Assembly: GCA_964522265.1 (NCBI GenBank)
Contig: CAZFVS010000012.1
Location: 3,501-17,118, forward strand
Source of the DNA: an uncultured Gammaproteobacteria bacterium
GTDB taxonomy: Bacteria; Patescibacteriota; Microgenomatia; Daviesbacterales; UBA10151
Reading direction: 5' to 3'
Length of the DNA stretch: 13,618 bases
A model generated the notes under the pieces. That model worked only from the letters and a program-made list of their open reading frames with translations. It had not been told where the DNA came from and ran no database searches. Both the position numbers and the translations under genes were made by a program. Positions 6,075-12,759 of this stretch are shown here, piece after piece (the first letter of the stretch is position 1; each line of letters starts with the position of its first letter).

Positions 6075-7196
6075 ATGAATGAGAAATTAAAGTTTTTTTT
6101 AATCGCTGTCCTGATAGGAATTATAGCAGGGGTAGCCGCCTTTAGGCTGGCTGTTTTAGGTAAGCTGCCCTTTAAGATTAACCTGCCTCAAGGAATACAA
6201 ACTCAGATACAAAATACCCAAACACGCACCGTTGTACAAGAAGAGAATGCAGTGATTTCAACTGTGGAGAAAACTTCCCCTTCGGTGGTAGCGATTGGTG
6301 TTACCCAGAGGATTGTTAACCCCTTTGACCCTTTCTCCATCCCCAAAAACCAGCAGTCAACTATTGGGACTGGATTTGTGGTTTCAGAAAAAGGGATTAT
6401 TGTTACCAACCGTCATGTTGTTTCGGACACAAGTGTTAAATATTCGGTGGTCACAAAAGAAGGCAAAAAACTTGAGATTAATAAAATTTACCGGGATCCA
6501 AATCTTGATCTAGCTTTAGTGCAGGTTAGTAGCGTGGATGGATTGAAGGCACTGGAATTGGGTGATTCATCTAAACTGAGGGTGGGTCAGACTGTCATAG
6601 CTATCGGTAATGCTTTGGGCAGATTTGATAATACAGTTACTACCGGAGTTGTTTCGGGTTTAGGCCGTTCTGTTTCAGCAGGCGATCCTTTTGGGGGTGA
6701 TACTGAGAGGTTGGATAATTTGATCCAAACTGATGCTGCAATTAACCCCGGTAACTCCGGGGGGCCGCTTTTAAATTCTGCCGGGCAGGTGATTGGGGTG
6801 AATGTAGCAACAACAGAAGGGGCCCAGAATATTGGTTTTGCGATTCTGATCAATCCGGTCAAAGAGCTGGTAGATGAGTTTAATAAAAACGGTAGTATCT
6901 CCAGGGCTTTTTTGGGTATCAGATACCGTTTAATCACGCGGGATATCGCTCTCCTCAATGAAGTTCCACAGGGGGCATATATTCAGGAGGTCATTCAGGG
7001 ATCACCCGCAGAAAAAGCCGGGATCAATGCTGGTGATATTGTCACTAAAATTGATGGTCAGGCAGTGAATGAAGAAAGCAAAATCTCGAGTATCATCCAA
7101 AACAAAAAAGTCGGACAAACTGTTTCTTTGGAGGTTTGGACAGACGGTAAAACCAGGACAGTTACAGCAACTTTGGCAGAATCTTCAAACCAATAA
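6075..7196 (+). CDS. htrA: HtrA/DegP family S1C serine protease with one PDZ domain and an N-terminal anchor
   Basis: Catalytic triad context: GTGFVVSEKGIIVTNRHVV (His), DLALVQV (Asp), TDAAINPGNSGGPLLN (Ser). PDZ: GSPAEKAGINAGDIVTKIDGQ. The ORF track starts at TTG 6072, but I prefer the adjacent ATG at 6075. Confidence 0.92.
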   Translation: MNEKLKFFLIAVLIGIIAGVAAFRLAVLGKLPFKINLPQGIQTQIQNTQTRTVVQEENAVISTVEKTSPSVVAIGVTQRIVNPFDPFSIPKNQQSTIGTGFVVSEKGIIVTNRHVVSDTSVKYSVVTKEGKKLEINKIYRDPNLDLALVQVSSVDGLKALELGDSSKLRVGQTVIAIGNALGRFDNTVTTGVVSGLGRSVSAGDPFGGDTERLDNLIQTDAAINPGNSGGPLLNSAGQVIGVNVATTEGAQNIGFAILINPVKELVDEFNKNGSISRAFLGIRYRLITRDIALLNEVPQGAYIQEVIQGSPAEKAGINAGDIVTKIDGQAVNEESKISSIIQNKKVGQTVSLEVWTDGKTRTVTATLAESSNQ

Positions 7197-7197
7197 T

Positions 7198-7977
7198 TTA
7201 AAATTTAACTATTAAAATCCGGTTCTTCCGGCTTAAATCTTTTTTAATTTCGATTTCTGAATTGGGAAAATATCTTTCTGCTTCTGCTGTTGCTAAATCA
7301 CCTTGATTCTCGTCTATTTCACAAATAAGATATTTTATACCTCCACATCGGAGGTGCCAGCTCAGTTGTGAGAATAATTTTCTGTAAAGCGCAAATCCGT
7401 CTTCACCGCCATCCAGGGCAATTTTTGGTTCCCATTCAGTTACCATCGGATCAATATGCATAAGACTGGTTGTTGGGATGTAAGGGAGATTGGCGACAAT
7501 TACATCAGGGGCTTTTTTAAAATTTGGCAGTAGATCTGACTCTAAAAAAATGATCTGCTTTTCGACATGGTGGAATTTGGCATTTTTTTGAGCAATTTCC
7601 AGAGCTTTTTGGGAAACATCAGTAGCGATGATTTTAGCGTTTGGCAGATTCTTGGTAATTGCTATGGCAATACAGCCAGAGCCTGTGCCAAGGTCAAGGA
7701 TGGTTAGGGATTGCTTCGCTGCGCTCGCAATGGCGCCTGCACTGAGCGTAGTCGAAGTGTCATTGCGAGGAGTCTTTGACGACGAAGCAATCTCTTTTTC
7801 TGCCCTCAATACCTCATCTACCAAAAGTTCTGTTTCAGGACGGGGGATTAATACATCCGGAGTCAGGTAAAATCTAAGTTTGTAAAACTCTGTCCAACCT
7901 CGCTGGTATTGTTTAGGAGGATCAGATTTCTTCTGGATTCTTTGGATCTCTGATTTTAAAGTAGCACCTTTTTTCAT
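7198..7977 (-). CDS. prmC: Release-factor glutamine N5-methyltransferase PrmC/HemK, with a short N-terminus and a 28-aa in-frame insert
   Basis: VLIPRPETELLVDEVL, SAM motif ILDLGTGSGCIAIAI, and catalytic motif IVANLPYIP (NLPY instead of NPPY). It lies immediately downstream of prfA. I prefer ATG at 7977 over the TTG at 7980 used by the track. Confidence 0.88.
   Translation of the reverse strand: MKKGATLKSEIQRIQKKSDPPKQYQRGWTEFYKLRFYLTPDVLIPRPETELLVDEVLRAEKEIASSSKTPRNDTSTTLSAGAIASAAKQSLTILDLGTGSGCIAIAITKNLPNAKIIATDVSQKALEIAQKNAKFHHVEKQIIFLESDLLPNFKKAPDVIVANLPYIPTTSLMHIDPMVTEWEPKIALDGGEDGFALYRKLFSQLSWHLRCGGIKYLICEIDENQGDLATAEAERYFPNSEIEIKKDLSRKNRILIVKF
7709..7792. repeat. 84-bp GC-rich nested palindromic element embedded in frame in prmC (REP/MITE-like)
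   Basis: The outer arms GATTGCTTCG (7709-7718) and CGAAGCAATC (7783-7792) are perfect reverse complements. So are the inner arms CTCGCAATG (7724-7732) and CATTGCGAG (7761-7769). My hand count gives about 55% GC, against clearly AT-rich flanks. The length is exactly 28 codons. Confidence 0.7.
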
Positions 7978-7986
7978 CAAGAATGG

Positions 7987-8895
7987 TTATAATGTTGTTT
8001 GGAGAGCTTGAATTATAGGTTCTAGTTTACCTTCTAAAATATCCTCCAAATTATGCCAGGATTTGCCAACTCTGTGATCTGTGACTCTGTTTTGGGGGAA
8101 ATTGTAGGTTCTGATCTTTTCATTTCTTTCCCCTGTACCCACCATAACTGATCTGGCTCCTGAGATTTTTTGCATTTTTTGTGACTGTTCCATCTCCCAA
8201 AGTTTAGCCCTCAAAAGTGCCATAGCGTTTTCTCTATTTTGCAGCTGGCTTCTTTCAGTTTGGGCTGTTACCACAATCCCTGATGGTTTGTGTTTAACCC
8301 TGACAGCAGTTGATACTTTGTTGACATTTTGCCCGCCGGCGCCTCCGGATCTGAATGCTTCAAATTCTATATCAGCAGGATTGATGTAAACTTCAGTTTC
8401 TGGTACATCCGGCAGTACTGCAACGGTTGCAGTTGAGGTATGAATCCTTCCTGAAGATTCTGTTTTTGGTACTCTTTGGACCCGATGCACCCCTGCTTCG
8501 AATCTTAGATCAGTATAAGCATTCTTGCCTTTGATTTGCAAAACAACCTGTTTAATCTGCCCGATTCCTCCTTCAGATCTGTCCAGTTCTTCAACACTCC
8601 AGCCTCTTTTTTCTGCAAACCTTAAATACATCCGCAGTAAATCTGACGCAAAAAGTCCTGCTTCGTCTCCTCCGGCAGCCGAACGGATTTCCAGGATTGC
8701 AACATTTGGATTGTTAGTTTCTATCTGGGAATCAGTTGGTGTGGCGGCTGAAGTCTGCAGCTCTTCCTTCTGTTTTTCCAGCTCTTCAATCTCAGTTTGG
8801 GCAAGCTGATAAAGCTCAGGATCTTCCAAGAGAGGGGTTACCTCAGCAATTCTGTTGTCTATCTCTTCCAGTTGTTGTTTTATATAATCGTCCAT
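7987..8895 (-). CDS. prfA: Peptide chain release factor 1 with a shortened N-terminal domain (302 aa)
   Basis: RF1-type tripeptide region [22 protein letters not shown] (P-x-T), GGQ motif [20 protein letters not shown], and [14 protein letters not shown]. An in-frame TAG 9 nt upstream of the ATG excludes a longer N-terminus. Confidence 0.93.
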   Translation of the reverse strand: MDDYIKQQLEEIDNRIAEVTPLLEDPELYQLAQTEIEELEKQKEELQTSAATPTDSQIETNNPNVAILEIRSAAGGDEAGLFASDLLRMYLRFAEKRGWSVEELDRSEGGIGQIKQVVLQIKGKNAYTDLRFEAGVHRVQRVPKTESSGRIHTSTATVAVLPDVPETEVYINPADIEFEAFRSGGAGGQNVNKVSTAVRVKHKPSGIVVTAQTERSQLQNRENAMALLRAKLWEMEQSQKMQKISGARSVMVGTGERNEKIRTYNFPQNRVTDHRVGKSWHNLEDILEGKLEPIIQALQTTL

Positions 8896-8904
8896 AGCGG
8901 TAAG

Positions 8905-9231
8905 CTAGCTATGGAGGTCTTTGCGGGCCTGCATTAAAAGATCTTTTAATGTCGGTTTTTCGGATTTAACATCAGTAACCTTTTTAGTACGCAACTCCTT
9001 TTCCCGCTGTTTTTCCAGTGCCTTTGCCTGGTAATGCTCAACCTTTTTCGAATATCTTTGAACCTGGCCCAGTGTATCAACAAATTTTTGGGTTCCTGTA
9101 AAAAAAGGATGGCATTTTGAACATATCTCCACACGCACGTTATTTGAAGTTGAGCCTGCTATAAATGTGTTGCCGCAAGCGCAACTGATATTAACCATTT
9201 TATTCCAAATAGGATGTATCCCTTGTTTCAT
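8905..9231 (-). CDS. rpmE: 50S ribosomal protein L31 (Cys-containing type) with a Lys-rich C-terminal extension of about 40 aa
   Basis: [28 protein letters not shown] ... [30 protein letters not shown] matches the L31 core. The following 40 or so residues are Lys/Glu rich. Confidence 0.9.
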   Translation of the reverse strand: MKQGIHPIWNKMVNISCACGNTFIAGSTSNNVRVEICSKCHPFFTGTQKFVDTLGQVQRYSKKVEHYQAKALEKQREKELRTKKVTDVKSEKPTLKDLLMQARKDLHS

Positions 9232-9240
9232 GGTGTTTGT

Positions 9241-9269
9241 AGTATACCAATACTTCGAGTTAGGATCAA
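9241..9269 (-). promoter_or_regulatory. Putative sigma70 promoter of rpmE-prfA-prmC (TTGATC, 17-nt spacer, TGgTATACT)
   Basis: The minus strand reads TTGATCctaactcgaagtattggTATACTacaaacaccATG. It has an extended -10 TG, 9 nt between the -10 box and the ATG, and no SD. Confidence 0.45.
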
Positions 9270-9281
9270 GTGAAAACCATC

Positions 9282-9644
9282 TTACTGCACTTCTTCAGAA
9301 TCATCAAGTAATGCTTTTTCCTCCATCCACGTTTTCCCTTCCTCTTTGCAAGCTTTGAGAGATACAGAAGCATCGCCTATTACGCTTCTTACGACATTTT
9401 CAACAATGCAATCTCTGTAGGTAACCAGATCTGTGTCTGCCCGAAGCTGACTTATCGTTTGATCTGTTTCCGCCTGTTTTGCAACGACTAAATCCAGCCC
9501 TTCGTTCGTCTTGGTGACCTGCTGTATAATACTGTTTGCATCTAGGTTCTGTACAGTTTCTGTATTGCGGTATGTTTGGAAAGCTGCATAACCGCTAAAT
9601 ATCAAAGTTAATGCCAAACCCGCCCTTTCGATTGTAAGTGCCAT
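9282..9644 (-). CDS. Hypothetical N-terminally anchored or secreted small protein (120 aa)
   Basis: ATG at 9644 is preceded by AAGGGGGTGA (SD) about 7 nt upstream. The N-terminal hydrophobic segment is [15 protein letters not shown], and there are two Cys residues. I recognise no family. The track starts it at TTG 9650. Confidence 0.5.
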   Translation of the reverse strand: MALTIERAGLALTLIFSGYAAFQTYRNTETVQNLDANSIIQQVTKTNEGLDLVVAKQAETDQTISQLRADTDLVTYRDCIVENVVRSVIGDASVSLKACKEEGKTWMEEKALLDDSEEVQ

Positions 9645-9680
9645 TTTCAATCACCCCCTTCTTTAATTTATCCTATTGTT

Positions 9681-9709
9681 ATCGTAGTAAATGGTTTGGT
9701 AACTGTCAA
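9681..9709 (-). promoter_or_regulatory. Putative sigma70 promoter for the 120-aa ORF (TTGACA, 17-nt spacer, TACGAT)
   Basis: The minus strand reads TTGACAgttaccaaaccatttacTACGAT, followed by a leader of about 35 nt that contains the SD. Confidence 0.45.
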
Positions 9710-9715
9710 GAACCC

Positions 9716-10693
9716 CTAAATGCGGTGGTGTTTGTGTATGGAATGATGATGGTGCTCTCTTCCCAGAGTCCCCCAATAAACCCCCAGAACCACCAGGCAG
9801 GTTCCAATAATAAAAGAAAATGAGATACGCTCTCCCAAAAAGGGGACAGCAAGTGCTGCCGCTATTGCAGGTTCGATATAGGTAAATAGGTTAGCTTTGG
9901 TGATATCTATTTTTGTAAATCCCCATTCCATCAAAAACATTGCTGAAATAGAAGAAAGTATGGTGATATACAAAAAACCTATCAAACCTATAATACTGAC
10001 ATGAGAGACCCAATTAGGTTTGTTGACAAAATCAAGCATTGCCGGAATAAAGAATGTTGCTACCCCAACAGCGAACATAACCGCTATTAAAACGAGCGGA
10101 TGGTAAGTTTTTAAAATCTCTTTGGATAAAATAGCACCAATTACAAAAGAGACAGATGAAGATATTATAAGCAGGTTGCCAACCAAACCCTGTGTGGAAA
10201 AATTCCCGAAAAAAATAAGTGGCAGGCCGATTACAAACAAGGCCCCCAACAGACCCAAAAAAATCCCCACCAGATTTATCCAATATATCTTTTCCTTTAA
10301 AAACCACCACCCTCCTAAAACAGAAAGGATGGGTATGACGAGCGTTAGGACTGATGAATCAATTGCAGAGGTCCTTTTCAGCCCTTCATAAAAAAGGGAG
10401 ATATTAATGGTGATTAAAAATAAACCTGTGCCAATAAGTTTTGGCAGGTCTTTAATTTCAATCTTTAACTGTTTGCGCCCTACCTCTAACAAAAAAGGGG
10501 CAATCAGTATCAGTGCCAAAAAAAACCTGAAAAAAGACAAGCTCATAACAGGAAATTCCTGGAGTGTAATTTTGGCCACCACAAAATTTGCCCCCCAAAT
10601 AATGTGTGCTGCCAGCAATGCAAAATAAGCCAGGATTATTTTCCATGCCTGTGGAAGGCGGGAAAGAGGTGTTTTTAAAATTTGGGGTTGCAT
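9716..10693 (-). CDS. DMT superfamily (EamA-like) transporter with a His-rich C-terminal tail
   Basis: About 10 hydrophobic helices in two EamA-like halves (AHIIWGANFVVAKITLQEFP ... and EPAIAAALAVPFLGERISF). The tail is GREHHHHSIHKHHRI. I prefer ATG at 10693 (MQPQILK...) over the TTG at 10723 used by the track. Confidence 0.85.
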   Translation of the reverse strand: MQPQILKTPLSRLPQAWKIILAYFALLAAHIIWGANFVVAKITLQEFPVMSLSFFRFFLALILIAPFLLEVGRKQLKIEIKDLPKLIGTGLFLITINISLFYEGLKRTSAIDSSVLTLVIPILSVLGGWWFLKEKIYWINLVGIFLGLLGALFVIGLPLIFFGNFSTQGLVGNLLIISSSVSFVIGAILSKEILKTYHPLVLIAVMFAVGVATFFIPAMLDFVNKPNWVSHVSIIGLIGFLYITILSSISAMFLMEWGFTKIDITKANLFTYIEPAIAAALAVPFLGERISFSFIIGTCLVVLGVYWGTLGREHHHHSIHKHHRI

Positions 10694-10702
10694 AGTAACT
10701 AA

Positions 10703-10731
10703 ATTGTAAGATATTGTTTTCAAGAAGTCGA
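10703..10731 (-). promoter_or_regulatory. Putative promoter for the transporter gene (TCGACT, 17-nt spacer, TACAAT)
   Basis: The minus strand reads TCGACTtcttgaaaacaatatctTACAATttagttactATG. There are 9 nt between the -10 box and the ATG and no SD. The -35 element is weak. Confidence 0.35.
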
Positions 10732-10735
10732 GCGC

Positions 10736-11965
10736 TTAAGGATTTACCAGTTCTTCTATCAGATTGTCAAGCGGAAATCTTTTTTGTGTTTTTTGGGAAA
10801 GGTTTTTGACTGTCACCTTTCCGCTGGATATCTCATCAGGCCCGATGATTACAGCATATGGAATGCCCTTAAGGTCAGCATATTTTAACTGTTTATCAAG
10901 TTTGCTATCAGGATCAAGCCAGATTTCTGTTGGTATGTTCTTTGAGCGCAAGCGAGATGTTACCTCAAGCGATTTCTCCAATAACTCAAGACTAAAAACT
11001 GTTACCAAAACTTTTGTCTCTGTTGGTTTGTTTTCCAATTTACCCGCCTCTTCCAATGCTTCTATGGTCCTGTCCAGCCCGATTGCAAACCCGACTGCAG
11101 GTAAGTCAACACTACTAAACATTCCCACCATCTTGTCATATCTGCCCCCTGCGCCAAGAACAGATCCATCCGGATAATCTTTTAAAACTACTTCAAAAAT
11201 CAGTCCTGTGTAATAATCCAAACCACGCACCATTGTTGAGTCAACTATCAGGGATTTTTTTGGATAGCCCATCTTTTCATAAGTTTTTATGATTTGAGTC
11301 AAATTTTTGGAGGGCTTAAGAGATTTAATTGTATTTAATGTAGTGGCTGCATCACTTTTTGATAACCCTTTTTGCTCAAGTTCCAGCAAAACCTTTTCTT
11401 CACCAATCTTGGAGAGTTTATCAATCGCTGCCAAATATTTTGGCTCAATGTTTTCAAAAAGTGTACGATCGTTCACCTTTATGAAAATTTCTAAATTAAG
11501 CGCTTGGTAAATCTCATAGACCAAACATAAAATTTCCGCATCAGCCAGGGAAGTGGAGACACCCACTATATCCGCATCAGCTTGAGTAAATTCCCTGTAC
11601 CTGCCTTTTTGGGGATTTTCACCGCGGAAGTTAGACTGGAGCTGGTAGCGCTTAAATGGGATGGGCAGTTTCTGTGCCCAAGTTGGTCCATATTGTGCCA
11701 CAACTCTTGCCAGAGGTACAGTCTGGTCATACCTTAAAGCCACCTCGTCACCGCCCTTTGTTTTAAATTCATAGATCAATTTTTCCTCCTCACCATATTT
11801 ACCCTTTAACATGTCAGCATACTCCAGGGTTGGCGTCTCCAACGGGTCAAAGCCAAATTTTTGGAAAACTGAGGTGATTTTGCCCAAAACAACCTCCCGC
11901 TTGATTGCATCAGGCGGCAAAAAATCCCTAAACCCTTTTGGTGTTTGCAGTTTTACTTTGTTCAT
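10736..11965 (-). CDS. hisS: Histidine--tRNA ligase
   Basis: N-terminal PKGFRDFLPPDA, motif 2 RYREFTQADADIVG, motif 3 GAGGRYDKMVGMF, and a C-terminal anticodon-binding domain. SD AAAGGAG lies upstream of the ATG. Confidence 0.95.
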   Translation of the reverse strand: MNKVKLQTPKGFRDFLPPDAIKREVVLGKITSVFQKFGFDPLETPTLEYADMLKGKYGEEEKLIYEFKTKGGDEVALRYDQTVPLARVVAQYGPTWAQKLPIPFKRYQLQSNFRGENPQKGRYREFTQADADIVGVSTSLADAEILCLVYEIYQALNLEIFIKVNDRTLFENIEPKYLAAIDKLSKIGEEKVLLELEQKGLSKSDAATTLNTIKSLKPSKNLTQIIKTYEKMGYPKKSLIVDSTMVRGLDYYTGLIFEVVLKDYPDGSVLGAGGRYDKMVGMFSSVDLPAVGFAIGLDRTIEALEEAGKLENKPTETKVLVTVFSLELLEKSLEVTSRLRSKNIPTEIWLDPDSKLDKQLKYADLKGIPYAVIIGPDEISSGKVTVKNLSQKTQKRFPLDNLIEELVNP

Positions 11966-11977
11966 TTCTTCTCCTTT

Positions 11978-12006
11978 AGTATATATGCATCTTTGCCCGG
12001 TGTCGA
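11978..12006 (-). promoter_or_regulatory. Putative hisS promoter (TCGACA, 17-nt spacer, TATACT)
   Basis: The minus strand reads gggGTCGACAccgggcaaagatgcataTATACTaaaggagaagaaATG. Confidence 0.35.
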
Positions 12007-12014
12007 CCCCGGGC
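11995..12014. other. GC-rich 6-bp-stem hairpin (GCCCGG, 8-nt loop, CCGGGC) between the GNAT-like gene and hisS
   Basis: GCCCGG at 11995-12000 and CCGGGC at 12009-12014 are reverse complements around an 8-nt loop. No U-tract follows on the minus strand. The hairpin overlaps the putative hisS -35 element. Confidence 0.3.
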
Positions 12015-12033
12015 TTGATGCTTTCATTGGGTA

Positions 12034-12759
12034 TTAGTTTTTAACAAATAATACCCGGTTCCTATTTTCAAAATCCAAGCCGTTTATGGCTTGATTTGAA
12101 ATATTAAACCTTTGACAACCCCTACAAACCTCGACCTTTGGGCCTAAAACCTGTTGCATACCAAACCTTTGGGCAACAGCAACCATTGGTGACTTTGCAT
12201 TAGTACGCATTACCACAGGTAGTTCCAATTTTCCTGCCTGTTCAAACAAGCCTTTTACAAGTTGGTTGCTTAAACCCCTATTCCGGTATGGTTTTTTTAT
12301 CCCAACTTCTGAAATATAAAACAGCCTATCTAAAACCCCATTCAGGCTTAATATGCTTGTCAATTTTTTCTGCATATCTGAAGTTTTATATTTTTCAGCA
12401 ATCAGGGCAGTTGAATTCTCTGGATAACCCAAACCAAAGCCCACAAATCCGCCGGGGTAATCCGGTAAATTCCTAAATTTTTCTTTAGGATCCCTCAGCA
12501 CCAGGATTAATGCACCTTCCCTCCCGCTGTCACTTAGTAGATAGCTGCGGGTTTCTTTATAAGGATATGCTTCCTGCAAGATGTCTCCACAATTTATACA
12601 AATTTGCTCCTTGGAAGTTTTCAGTCCATAATACTTTCCACATCCGCTGCAAATTGTTTTTTCATTCCAGGGCGGGTCGGCAAAAACTTCTTGGTATGTC
12701 AAAACCAGTTCGGTTGTATCTACTTCCGGTCTGAATTCATACATATTAATCTTTTCCAT
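12034..12759 (-). CDS. GNAT-like N-acyltransferase with an inserted CxxC-x16-CxxC zinc ribbon and a third C-terminal CxxC
   Basis: Acetyl-CoA motif-A-like segment FYISEVGIKKPYRNRGLSNQLVKGLFEQA. Cys motifs CSGCGKYYGLKTSKEQICINCG and CRGCQRF. ATG at 12759 has a strong SD (GAGGAGGaacATG). The track's TTG at 12780 is less likely. Confidence 0.65.
   Translation of the reverse strand: MEKINMYEFRPEVDTTELVLTYQEVFADPPWNEKTICSGCGKYYGLKTSKEQICINCGDILQEAYPYKETRSYLLSDSGREGALILVLRDPKEKFRNLPDYPGGFVGFGLGYPENSTALIAEKYKTSDMQKKLTSILSLNGVLDRLFYISEVGIKKPYRNRGLSNQLVKGLFEQAGKLELPVVMRTNAKSPMVAVAQRFGMQQVLGPKVEVCRGCQRFNISNQAINGLDFENRNRVLFVKN

Noticed and set aside
7628-7870. 80-aa + strand ORF antisense to prmC (MILAFGRF...DCFAALAMA...SLRGVFDDEAIS...)
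   Set aside because: It lies entirely inside the well-supported prmC frame. Its only distinctive part is the translation of the palindromic element, which stays open in several frames because it is GC-rich. I treat it as an artefact of the repeat rather than a gene.
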